A DNA stretch of 64,000 nt, from assembly GCF_006345805.1 (NCBI RefSeq), contig NC_042998.1, forward strand, positions 58,776,001 through 58,840,000, given 5' to 3'. The position numbers were made by a program, and so were the translations under genes. Of this stretch, positions 25,453 to 38,154 are shown one piece after another. Positions within the stretch are counted from its first letter, which is position 1; every line of letters starts with the position of its first letter. The notes beneath the pieces were generated by a model. It was given only the letters and a program-made list of their open reading frames with translations, did not search any database and had not been told where the DNA came from. This stretch comes from Octopus sinensis (Eukaryota).

Positions 25453-26110
25453 TATATACACGCACGCGCACACACACACACTTGTATACATATGTTTACA
25501 TAGGCACTCAGACAAACACATATACACAGACTCACATTATATGAATTTATGAAAACATAAATTACATCACGTATGTAGCGGATGGTTCTTGATTCGTATT
25601 TTTTGTCATTTTGTTCTAAACCAGTTGTATTTAATGAGCTTTCTGCAATTAGGGAGGATGAGGATCGTAGTTCTTGGTTTCGTTTAATTTTTCTCGTTCC
25701 ATTTTTTGCACCAAACTTCATGTTTTCTTCTCGTTTTATCTTATCTTCTTACTGTCCAGCTTTCTTGTTTTTAAAAATAATATCTAATACATAAACAGTA
25801 CCTGAAAGATTGCTTTTAAGATACGTGGCGAATTTTATAAATATGCCTGTTCAAGTATCATAATAGCATGAAACTATTTCGTACCTGCTCCATTCCTTCG
25901 CCATCGATCGACTCAGCACTCTGCCTTTCGCCACCATCGTCACATCTACTCTCAGACCAGCAATAACCACTAAACTCAGTCCTTCCTCAACAGAACATCA
26001 TTTCTCAAGCGTGTTTCCCCAGAAGATTCATATCTTCCTGCGAGTTTCCACAGTTAAAACGGATTATTAATAACACCATGCTCAGTAAACTCGAAGATCT
26101 TGCAAAAGTC

Positions 26111-27415
26111 GGTACTATTCAAGAAGAGTGGTCCCGGTGCGCGCACTCGCATACTCGCGTATTCGCGCTAGCTAGTCGTGACTAGTCGATCCTACAACGA
26201 CTACCTACGTTTTAAGAGTATGATGGGGGTACCAAAAATAGGTTGTGTGTTATTTTTATTTAATTTGTTTAAAAAAAAATTACGTTGTTTAGAAAAAAGA
26301 TTTATTTACTTTATTTAAAAAAAATTATTTACTTTGTGTTTTTGTGTTTTATTTACTTTGGGATCTTTTCCTTTTGAACGGCAGTTTTCAACACAATTTC
26401 TAGTTAACTAAACACTTTTAAACTTCGTATACTGGTAGAATGTGTTTATAAAACAACATTTTTTCTTGGCTTTATTGAGAAAATTCTATATGTTGTAACG
26501 TATTTCGACTTTAATTTCGAACATTTCGGCAATTTTAACCAATCGCTGACCTCCATTGACGTAAACAACATTCCGTGCTGTATGAATATGTCCCTCATTT
26601 AAGAAACAGATTGGGTTTATTTACATTTGCGAAGAAAAAAAGATACCCTTCCCCCCACCCCTAACCCTAACCCTAACCCTACCCCTAACTCTAACCCTAA
26701 CCCTAACCATAACTCTAAACCTAACCCTAAAATAGATTGAAATGCAATAGATCGATACTAGGGTTATAATTATGGGTGACAATTTCATACAACACCGCTA
26801 CGGAAAATAGGATTTTTTTCTAGCAGTGTCAAATGAAATTGTTACCCATAATTATAACCCTAGTATCGATCTATTGCACTTCAATCTATTTTAGGGTTAG
26901 GTTTAGAGTTATGGTTAGGGTTAAGGGTGGGGGAAGGGTAACTTTTTTTCTTCGCAAATGTAAATAAACCCAATCTGTTTCTTAAACGAGGGACATATTC
27001 ATACAGCACGGAATGTTGTTTACGTCAATGGAGGTCAGCGATTGGTTAAAATTGCCGAAATGCTCGATTTTAAAGTGGAAATATGTTACAACATATAGAG
27101 TTTTCTCAATAAAGCCAAGAAAAAATAATGTTTTATAAACACATTCTACCAGTATACGAAGTTTAAAAGTGTTTAGTTAACTAGAAATTGTGTTGAAAAC
27201 TGCCGTTCAAAAGGAAAAGATCCTTACTTTGTTTAAAAAATTATTTACTTTGTGTAAAAAATTATTTATTTTGTTTTAAAAAACCCATCTATTAATTTGC
27301 ATACGCGCACTCGCGCTAGATAGTCGTTATAGGATCGACTAGTCACGACTAGCTAGGGCGGATGCGCAAGTGTGCGAGTGTGCGTGCACCGGTACCACTC
27401 TTCTTATATAGTACC
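26111..27415. mobile_element. Merlin-type non-autonomous DNA transposon with nested long inverted repeats and (CCCTAA)n
   Basis: 8-bp TSD CAAAAGTC (26103-26110, 27416-27423). Termini GGTACTA...TAGTACC fit the GG-initial TIR plus 8-bp TSD rule of Merlin/IS1016. There is an outer TIR of about 85 bp and an inner palindrome at about 26362-26789 / 26832-27225. Confidence 0.7.
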
Positions 27416-28718
27416 CAAAAGTCTTGGGTACTGCCCTTTTGGCCAAACCCAACAAAGATAGGAAAACCGACACCACTATACAAAGTAGCCTATGTATTCT
27501 ATATTTTTGCTGATGTTAGGGTGTGATTTGAATTGAGTGAAATTTAACCCCAGTTAGTATCTTTCGTTGATGGACGTAGTGTCAGATTTACCATTTGGTT
27601 ATGACAGCGAGCAACAGTTTGAGATTTCGTAACTATATTAGTTTTAATCAAATTAGATGTCGGTTATTAATGAAAATTTAATGAAAATCTTTATTCCTCA
27701 AAGCTACTTCGGAATTTCTAAACTGTTCTTTTTAATTTTCCTTAAGGGTAACATTCTGATTTTTATATTAGGAAGCTTAACTGCATTTAAAAGAACACAC
27801 AATGTGGAAATAAAATGCGTGGAACAATCATGCTTAGTTTAGGTTATGATGAGAATTCTAATAATATTATTTCACTCAAAGTAGTGGACAGTAGTATGAC
27901 GTACTGAGTTCGAATCCTGGTGAAGTGAACATTGCCTTTTCTCCTTTCACTGTCAGTAACATAATTACTATTTAAGCCTGATCCATTATATTCTATATGT
28001 GATCGACTATAATACTTGGACTTATTGTTTATATGTTACACATTGTTAGTCAGATTAACGTACAGGCAACAATCGAATAGCACTTGTTTAATATACAGTT
28101 TATCAGATCAAGGAATGAGAAAAGTAAACATAGAATACACAGTTAATAAGTAAAGTGGGTAAGTCTCATAGATAGAGGTGGTGGCGGTGTAAATTTGCAG
28201 AATTTAACTACTAGCAGAATGAAGTATCAACGTCGACAAGTAAATAGAGTGTATTTGTTGGTTTGATATTTGCTTGTTTAATCCGGTAGTGGTATAAAAT
28301 TTCTGAATTTAAGCAGTAATATTTTGAAATTACGATACTTTGTGAAAACTTCTAACCTTCTAATTATATCATTTCCGAAGTTTTTTTTTTTTACTGATTT
28401 TTTAAATAAACTATTTTTGACTGTACATAAATTATGCTTTAGAATGCTATATTTAATATCAAAATTAATACTGCTTTCTTTTAAGTACCGGATGTAGTTT
28501 GACAAAGTTGTTGCGTGTCTCATTTCAGCATGTTCGAAGGACGAAGTATGATTAAAGTAATGTTGTTTGAATTTGGCGTTTGCTGTTGCTATGAGGCACT
28601 TTGCTCCATCGTTCCGTTATATTCGACAGAAGTGATTTCTTAGATTTATTCGCACAGGGAATGTAAATGTCAATATATTTACAACTGAACAACGAATATT
28701 CTGTTTCTGTGCATTTGT

Positions 28719-28803
<85 letters not shown>

Positions 28804-28831
28804 CACATACACACACACCACACCACACAAC

Positions 28832-29310
28832 AACATCAGGCATTTGCCATATTCTGAACACCTTACTTCCCTGGGCATAGATACATTGAAACTCCGACGT
28901 CTGACAGCTGACTTGGCAGACACCCATAAAATTATTAACCATCTTACTAACAATAACTCTGTGCACCTTTTCAAACTCCACCTGTCTAACACCCGTGGAC
29001 TTGTTTACAAAGTCAGAAAACAGCACAGCTCCCATGACTTTCGGATACATTTTTACACGCTAAGAGTTGCTGAAGTATGGAACAAACTGCCGGCTTCAGT
29101 TGTTAGTTGTCGGAGCACTGCATCCTTCAAAACTTCCATGCTTCCTGAGATTCACTAACACTACACCTGATTTTTCTCCCCTCCATACACACGCAAGTAT
29201 GTATCTGATTCATACACTGTTCACTTTTCAGACATTTGTACATTACTGCATATGCTTTTATACGCACTTTTGACAAGTTGTGGTGCACCTGAGCACTGTA
29301 TACAATAATT
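28832..29310 (+). mobile_element. 3' end of a CR1-clade LINE
   Basis: YSEHLTSLGIDTLKLRRLTADL...TRGLVYKVRK...FYTLRVAEVWNKLPASVV, followed by the 3' UTR. Confidence 0.85.
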
Positions 29311-31580
29311 TCATTATTATTATACACGACATTTACACATATGCACGTGTGCGCGCACAAACACATACCTTATTTTGGAATCTCTACTTCTGGTGAAGTC
29401 GTCGAGGTGCTGCTGTGACATAAAGCATATCGAAGGCGTGCTTTATGTTACCACAGCACCCCTACGAGTTCACCAGAGATTTAGACTTAATAGAGCTCAT
29501 CCCTCTTCGGGTCTGATGTCTACCGATGAAAGAGAGAGACAATCAGTAAAAGGAAAGAAAGAAACATACTCTACACAGGACTGGTACTTTATATCCCAAA
29601 ATGTAGACGGTACAGTTTGGCTTACGGCATTTGAACCCGGCGAACAGTGAACCATTTACTGCAAGGCAGTAATCCAACGCCAGCAATATCGAAGAATATC
29701 CAACGAAACTAAACTTAAACTAATATAACATATATGTATTTCAAGTGGCATCAATATTCTTCCGCAAAGCAATTAGCTAAAAACGTACATCAGTTAACAC
29801 ATTTTATCGCTACAATAATTATTTTAGCTACATACACGCATGCGCACTCCCCACAGATATATGCGTACATTCATATGAGTACATATTATACTAATAGTTG
29901 ATCGTCTACTCTTAATCTCGCCTCAAGCCGAGCTGTTTGCAACAGTCAAGAACAGCACAGCTTCGAGCGAAACTCAGAATGGACTGTCGACATTTGATAT
30001 AATATATAGCTTTCCACTCTACTAAACATATTGAGTTCTGTATCAGAGAACGTTTGAACTATGTCAAATATATCTTAATATAACAAATATTGAAGATGGA
30101 GAGCTTCTTATAATGCAAAAACGGATAGGAGCTCTAACGTTTTCATTATTTGATATTTTTACTTCTGTTTCACAATGCTTCAAGCAAACTACAACGCTCT
30201 TCTCTTCTTGTATTTTGATATATTTTACAACTCTCACATTGCGACACGCACTCCAACCCCAAACATGTCTATTTTATCATATGGTTCTAGTTTCAACCTG
30301 CAACTAAAACAGCATCTCCTTGTTAACTATCTACAAGTTTATCGCTGATGCAAAGATATTTGTTCTTTTGCTTGATGTTTATGCTTTACTCTTTAGTACT
30401 CTTCACAAATATACAGATTTTAAATAATTTCCCATTATTAATTTGTTAGAACATAATAGAGCTCGAAGCTAAACCAGTATAAACTTCCTACTATGTAATA
30501 AACAATATTTAACATGCAAGGCCGTAAGCATAATTCTAATATTATTCATTTTTGAAAATTTCAATACTTTAGCGTTGACAAATGAAGCAACAAAAGAAAG
30601 TAGATAAACACCTGAATATAAGTAATGGTAAATTGCTCACAAGTTATAATCATTTGATGGGATGGAATAGTACAACTAATTGGAAATAAAATTGTCATTA
30701 AATAATTGAAAAACCTCAATGTTGTCTGTAATTAAATAAAACAATTAAATTGTATGCACAAGTTAAAAGGCGTCATTTGAGAGTTGTTAACCAGTCGAAT
30801 TATAAAGATGTACGGTCTTCATATATGAGAACATTGATTTTCTAACGTGGGAAAATGGTCCAATATTTTAGCAAGGGATAAAATAGTTAACTGACAATCA
30901 ACTGAGTTATCGATGATTCGTATCGTGTTTTCGGTACCATGTTATGTTCCTGACTAAAGAAGTCAAGTCTTACATTACTCAGTCAGTCTACAGGTACGGC
31001 AGAGTAGTTAGAGGTCTCTAATGATTTGACAATAACTTGTTCGCTTTACAATGGTGAATTCGTTTGTTCCTGTGACATATCAGCGTCTTAGTCAGGGGAA
31101 TATTTCACTATCATCCACTTAACACTTAAAAAATTGGAGAGATAGTTACCAAGATAAATTAAATCCTTGTGATTTACTAAGATATTAATTGATCGGTATT
31201 CATTGCAAAGATTTCATATAGAGACGCAACAGAAAAAATTTTGAGGAAGAAAAGAGTCGGTTACATACACTTCTGTACCTGATTTATTTCACCGTCCCTA
31301 AAAGAATGAAAGGAAAAATCGAACGCGATGGAATTTGGACTCAGAATGGAAAAAGCTGAGAAAAAAGGGAAAATTCCATCCATGAACCATTCGTTACCGT
31401 ATTGGTATTGATTGTAATTACAATGATATAATGAAAAACTAATTGATCTTTGTGGAATTTGTATTTGAAAGTAAAAGAAGGTAGCTAATACAGCAATGAT
31501 GTTGTTTAATCTCATCTCAACCATGACTGAGAATACTATTAAAGCATTCTAACCATGACCATCCAATGTTTTATACATAG

Positions 31581-31633
<53 letters not shown>

Positions 31634-31659
31634 TTGACCTCTAAATCCACAAGTCTTTT

Positions 31660-32125
31660 CATTCTCTCTTTGTTTATTTTCTCTTATTCCTTTCTGTTGA
31701 AGAGCGTAGGCTTGAAATGTAAAAGACTTTCTCACTTTCGCTAGCGTCAAACTAATACACCGAATTGTTGTTCATACACCTGTCTTCGTCTTTTGTTTTT
31801 CTGTAAATTTCAACTATATATAATTTAATTAGAGGATATGTTAACCTCGTGAAGGTTGCATCCACGGAAATACTGGTTCAATAGCTAATGTTGGGAAAGG
31901 AAATTCCCTTAAAACAATAGCTGTATATTAAGCATATAGTTTATATCCAGTTAAAAGAAGAAAATAAAGAGGAGATAAAGAAGTTAACAATTATTTATTA
32001 TTACCATATTAATCATCTTCGCTTCTTACAGCCGTTTCAATTAATACGCAATAATTTAATTACAAATCTGTACATTAAATTTGCATTTATGTGACATGAG
32101 GATAATTTCATCAGAGTAAAAATAT
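31660..32125. mobile_element. Composite of two hammerhead-bearing Penelope-like fragments, copy 1
   Basis: A degenerate CTGTTGA-A-GAGC/GCTT-GAAAT motif at 31691-31751 (+) and a long-stem-II hammerhead at 32022-32119 (-). An inverted homolog lies at 35335-35680. Confidence 0.6.
32022..32119 (-). ncRNA. Hammerhead ribozyme candidate with extended stem II
   Basis: TTACT-CTGATGA-AATTA...TAATT-GAAAC-GGCT-GTA^AGAAG; the stem II insert forms a further helix (AATTTAAT/ATTAAATT, TACA/TGTA). Confidence 0.5.
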
Positions 32126-33200
32126 ATGTCACCAGCGGTGTTCCCCAGGGAACTGTTTTGGGTCCGCTACTCTTCATAATTTACGTAAACGACCTTTCCA
32201 GTGTCGTACATCACTGCAAAGTGAAAATATTCGCTGATGACACTAAGCTCCAGCAAATCGTCAATGAAGAAGCAGACCGAACTCAACTCCAATCTGATCT
32301 ATATGCTGTGAGTCAATGGGCAGACAGAAACAAAATGCAACTGAATGAGGGAAAATTTGAGCTGATGCATTTTGGAAGAAATTCCTCACTAAAACAACCA
32401 TACTCTCTTCCTTCAGGGGACCGCTCACAGCTTCTAACAATATCAGAGACCTGGGTGTAATTGTTGATGACGATCTCAGTTGGAGTGCACACATCAACAA
32501 GAAGGTCGATATAGCTCGTAGGATGAGTTCCTGGATCTTAAGAACTTTCCGGTCCAGAGAACAAGGTGTCATCATACCACTTTTTTCTCCTTTGTACGGC
32601 CACACCTTGAATACTGCTGCCCACTGTGGTCTCCTCACACAAGACAAAACATCTCCAGAATTGAGTCACCCCAGAGGGCTCTCACTAAACAAATTGAAGG
32701 CATGGCTGCTCTCGATTATTGGGATCGCCTTAAAGCCTTGAAACTTTACTCCCTCCAGCGTCGCCGTGAGCGGTACATCATTTGTACGATGTGGAAAATA
32801 TACCGCCAACTTTGCCCAAACGACCTAAACATTAGCTTCAAGGTTCATCCAAGACTTGGACCACGGGCCATACGTCCCCTGCCAAATTCAAGATCACAAC
32901 ATACATGTACACTGCAACATAATTTCTTTTCCTCAACAGGCCCTGCCCTATTTAACACTGTCCCGAGGGAGATCAAAGAGGAAAAGGATCCATTAACTTC
33001 AAACAGAGTCTGGATAGATTCCTTCAAAGAATACCAGATTAGCCACCCATAATTGGATACAACTCACCCAACAAGAACTCACTACTTGAACAAAACTGGA
33101 TACAACTCACCCAACAAGAACTCACTACTTGAACAAAACTTGAACAAAACTGGATACAACTCACCCAACAAGAACTAACTACTTGAACAAAACTTGACTT
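32126..33200 (+). mobile_element. 5'-truncated CR1-clade LINE (RT motifs to 3' end)
   Basis: SGVPQGTVLGPLLFIIYVNDL, IFADDTKL, WILRTFRSRE, LYSLQRRRERY, GPALFNTVP; the 3' 43-bp segment is triplicated. Confidence 0.9.
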
Positions 33201-33343
33201 AAACAGGATTCGAATAATCCTATCAGGTGGTGCTATTAAGTTAGACATGGCCTGGACCAATCTCTGGTCGAAACATATCTAAGTTTATCTAAGTTTTATA
33301 CGCATACATACACACAGGCACAAACACACACACACACATATAC

Positions 33344-33380
<37 letters not shown>

Positions 33381-33835
33381 GTCACACACATACACACGTA
33401 CGCATGCATGCATATGTAAGTATAATTAATCCATACATATACATACACACATATGTATATACATGCATATACATACACACACATGCATATGTATACCTGT
33501 ACATAGATATACACATATACATACGTATACATGCATATATACATACGTACACGTATACACATATATATCGATATACATATATATACATACGTTTATACAT
33601 ACGCATACATAGATACGAGCATATGCATATCTACACACATTTACATAAGCATAAATATATGCACACACATGTGCACGTGCATTTACTCATGTATGTATAT
33701 ATACATACATATACAGATATGCGCTCACACACATATAGACATAGATATATGTACTTATGTATGTACGTTTGCATGTATGTATGTATGTATGTATGTATGT
33801 ATGTATGTATGTATGTATGTATGTATGTATGTTAC

Positions 33836-34200
33836 GAGTGCTACTGGTAACATGTAACCCAGTACAACCTGTTGTATGGTCGGGTCGTCGGCAACTAAAC
33901 CGGCAACCCCACCAAATTTGCTTGGTGAGGAGGGTGTTTATTGGACACCCTGCGGGATGAAAATCAAAACCCGTCAAAGGGTGGAGGAACTCTTGAGAGT
34001 CAACGGCCATCCAATAAATGTCTTAAGGCTGTATCATGCGCGGGGACATAGAAATAATCGGACTGAATACCCGATCGCGCGGTTAAACCATTAGGAGTGA
34101 AGGACTCCTAGCCTTTGTTAGGGCATCCTTCTAGGAGAAGGTAACTCAGGTAACTGGGATAACTCCGACATAAAACCTGCGGCTCAGCGATTACCGATGA
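33836..34200 (+). mobile_element. Possible 5' UTR fragment of an RTE-type LINE
   Basis: A GC-richer island after (TATG)n containing tctaggagaaggtaactc...aaaacct, a motif I associate from memory with RTE 5' regions. Confidence 0.3.
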
Positions 34201-34694
34201 TCTTGATTTGTTCTTCTTTTCGAATTATGGCTGCTGTTGCTTAGTGAATGGGATTGACTCAGTGCACAGCCTTTCCTCACTTTAAAAAAATCTTCTTGCA
34301 CAGGCATTGCACGATAACAACATTGATTAAGCTTCGTGCAATGGCCATACTCGATAACGAGGGGGCAGCCACCATGTATGTATGTATGTATGTAAGTATG
34401 CATGTTATGTACGTATGTATGAACGTGTGTGTATATATGTATATTGATACAAATATACATATATAGATTAATTGTACGTACATATGCACGCATGCGTATG
34501 TGTGTGACATTATATTCATATGTACATTTAAACATCAACATTTTACTAAAACCGTTAAAAATAAATATACTTTTCTAGAAACGCTATGGTTTAGAGACAC
34601 TAATTCAAAATTTCATTAACCAGAGGGCACTGATTGGCTAATATGGATTTGCATCAATTTCATTTATAGGGGTAATGGGTAAGAATATATGTAT

Positions 34695-34731
<37 letters not shown>

Positions 34732-34908
34732 TTGTATATGTGTGTGTGTGTATGTGTGTGTATATGCGTGTATACATGTATATATATATGTATACGTGTG
34801 TATGTGTGTGTGCGTGCATGTATATATAATATATATATATATATATATATTATATATAATAATATAAAAATAACAGGAACCAAGAGGTGGAACGAAACGA
34901 CGAATCGG

Positions 34909-34995
<87 letters not shown>

Positions 34996-35334
34996 TATAT
35001 ATGTATCTATATATGTGTGTTTATATATGTATACGTATGTGTGTATATATATATGCATATACATATGTACATATACATATATAAAGTTTTATAATTTTAT
35101 TTACACCATAAAAATGACGATTTTATTCTTTTTATTAACTGGGAGTTTAATTTATTTATATTTATCTTTCCGCAAGCATCTCTATTTTTAGTTTATCTAT
35201 TGTTCTGATTTTATTTATTTTACCTCATCCCTAATCATATTCTAATCCTTCACCCGAGCACTTGATAATACAAATCATAAACCGTAATATTAGTCTGCTG
35301 AAAAGACTTGATAAGTCCGCATAAAACATCCGAA

Positions 35335-35680
35335 GTGACATCTTTTTTCTCTGATGAAATTATGCTCATGTCACATAAATGCAAGTTTAATGTACAAATT
35401 TGTGATTAAATTATTGTGTATTAATGTAAACGGTTGTAAGAAGCAAATAAATAATTATTAACTTCCTTACTTCTTTTATCTGTATATATAACGGGAAGCT
35501 TTATGAAAATAAACAAAAGACGAAGGCAGGTGGCATATAAACAAACAATTGTATTAGTATGGCGCTCAGGAATATAAATAAAACAAGTCTTTTACGTTTC
35601 GAGCCTACGCTCTTCAACAGAAAGATACACAGAAAAGAAACACAGAAAGAAACAAGGAGAGAAAAAAATGCGTGCAGAAG
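35335..35680. mobile_element. Composite Penelope-like repeat, copy 2 (inverted relative to 31660-32125)
   Basis: CTGATGA motif at 35351 (+; GAAAC changed to TAAAC) and a CTGTTGA-A-GAGC gtag GCTC-GAAAC motif at 35561-35623 (-; cleavage triplet GCC). Confidence 0.6.
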
Positions 35681-36360
35681 CTAGCGAATCAACATGGCGA
35701 TCTGATTCCGGCCAGAAGTCAATGATCAAACGTGAGACGCAAGAGCGAAAATAGGGAAGATAACAGTGTCAAATGACCAACGCTCCAACAAAGGGTGTGT
35801 GTGTGTGTATGAGAGAGTATGTAGAGTGTATGAGAGAGTATGTAGTGCGTATAAGAGGTCTGGACGTGTGTATGTATGTATGATGTGATGTGTAATGTCG
35901 TATGGTGTAGTGTAGAGAGAGGAGATGAGGGGGAGAGGGGGGGGAGGATGGAGGAGATAAGGGGGAGAGAGAGGAGAGGAGAGATGAGGGGGAGGGGAGG
36001 GGAGGAGGAGAGTGGGAGAGAGGAAGGAAGGAGGAAGAGAGGAAGAGGGGAAAAGGAAAGAGGAGAAGAAGAGGGAGGAGGGAGAAGGGGGAGAATATAT
36101 ATATATGCATGCATATATGGGTACAGGACGTCACCAACTGTGTAAACAACATGAAGTATGAAAACAAATGAGTTAACAACGCAAACAACGAGAGTAAAGG
36201 AAACCGAACGAAAACAAACATGGAGGGTCGTTAGACCAGAACGAGAGGAAAATAGTGAACGCTGGTAGAAATATTTTCTTTGATAAGAGAAATGATAACA
36301 TACATACATGCATGCATACATACATACATACATATATGCACACATTCATACATGCATGCA

Positions 36361-36394
<34 letters not shown>

Positions 36395-36631
36395 CATACA
36401 AACATACATACATACATAAATATAAGTGAGAGATTATTTTAAAGTACAAATGATATATAGTTAGTTACGATAAAAATATTTATTAAAATTGAAAATGTTA
36501 AGATATCTTTTCCTTTGAAATATATCTACCAATTTCATGTGAGCAATACTGGGATTTTTCAATATCAAATGTTAAAGTTAAAATTTTATGAAAATCTGTA
36601 AATGTAGTCCATATTTACAGAACTTCCAAAT

Positions 36632-37021
36632 GTGTGGAAGCACTCCGTCGGTTACGACGATGAGGGTTCCGGTTGATCCGAATCAACGGAACAGCCTGCT
36701 CGTGAAATTAACGTGTAAGTGGCTGAGCACTCCACAGATACGTGCACCCTTAACGTAGTTCTCGGGGATATTCAGCGTGACACAGAGAGTGACAAGGCCG
36801 GCCCCTTGAAATACAGGTACAACAGAAACAGGAAGTAAGAGTGAGAGAAAGTTGTGGTGAAAGAGTACAGCAGGGATCACCACCATCCCCTGCCGGAGCC
36901 TCGTGGAGCTTTTAGGTGTTTTCGCTCAATAAACACTCACAACGCCCGGTCTGGGAATCGAAACTGCGATCCTATGACCGCGAGTCCGCTGCCCTAACCA
37001 CTGGGCCATTGCGCCTCCACA
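36632..37021 (-). mobile_element. Full-length tRNA-derived SINE, family D, with 13-bp TSD
   Basis: Head gtggaggcgcaaTGGCCCAGTGG...tttcgattccc; TSD AGAACTTCCAAAT at 36619-36631 and 37022-37034. Confidence 0.85.
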
Positions 37022-37095
37022 AGAACTTCCAAATACTGTCTGTTGCAAACGAAACTCATCGTTTTCAGACTGGGGTCTGTTTTATAACTATAGAT

Positions 37096-37394
37096 CAGAC
37101 GTTCCCAAAGTTGGTGGTATTGCCTTTCTCTTGGGGGATGGGGAGTGGAAATTTCCAGTGGCCGGGGCCGTTCAAGAAAAGTGGAGCAAGGCAATAATGG
37201 GATGGTCAAAAAGTGGCAATGTATGTAAAAGACCCCTCCCCCTAAATAATGGGTTAATTGGGTCAAGTTTTATTTGTGAAATGTAACAGTTTTGAATTTG
37301 CTGCAGAAAGTAGTCTATGTGAGGCGGGTGGGGGCACTAGGAATGTGGCCTGGGTACCAAGGGGGCGGTTCCCGAAAAAGTTTGGGAACCACTG
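37096..37394. mobile_element. Old hAT-type MITE
   Basis: Termini CAGACGTTCCCAAA / TTTGGGAACCACTG; the 8-bp flanks CTATAGAT / CTTTATGT match 5 of 8. Confidence 0.45.
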
Positions 37395-38154
37395 CTTTAT
37401 GTAGTTACAGTACCATAAACTCATATACATTAAACGACTCTCACACTGCAAATTCTTCAACCCACTATCCATACCTTTTCCTGTTCGACGATACACCATA
37501 TCTACTCCCAGAAGCCATATGCCCCCACCCCATCCCCACCATTCCAGCCAACATAACTGATTCTTCATAATTTTGGGAACATTTCTATATATGCCCATTT
37601 TAACAAATTCTCAAACGCTTAATATTGCTAATCTCTATATAAACGATAGATATCCATTTTCGTTACAGTTTAGAAAGCCGCACGTGTTGAAGATTCGAAT
37701 TTAATGTCAATTAAAAGACATTTTATTCTCCTTCACTTACTAACGTGCTGTCTTCTTACTGTGTCAACTATCACGTTTCAATGATTTTCAAAGACAAAAG
37801 GTGTGCATTTTTGATTGTTCCAATATCATCATCATGGTCGTCGTCATCGTCATCGTCATCGTCGTCGAACTCATCATCATCATCATCAGTTAATGATAAC
37901 GATTATGAAAAGGATAATGATAATAGTAATGAAAATGATGTAACCATAATGATCATGCCGATCGTGATGATGAAGATCGTGATGATGACGACGATGATAA
38001 TAATAATTATAATCATAGTGTTGGTTGTGATGTGACAATAATGGTGTCAAGATGATGATGATAGTGATGATGATTGATGTCAAAACCTGGCTCAAATTTT
38101 ATTTGTATTTCGGTTCAGCTAACTTATAATCTGTGCAATATATACTGCATTTTT

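Noticed and set aside
25317-25527. N-terminal 70 aa of the 220-aa ORF as part of the receptor
   Set aside because: It lies upstream of the AG acceptor and is made of microsatellite sequence.
26655-26930. (CCCTAA)n/(TTAGGG)n as a telomere or chromosome-fusion scar
   Set aside because: The tracts are short, degenerate, in the opposite order to a fusion, and inside a TSD-bounded transposon.
33836-33920. HDV-like ribozyme at the putative RTE 5' end
   Set aside because: I could not assign P1/P2/P3/P1.1 by eye; an RNArobo/Infernal HDV search would be needed.
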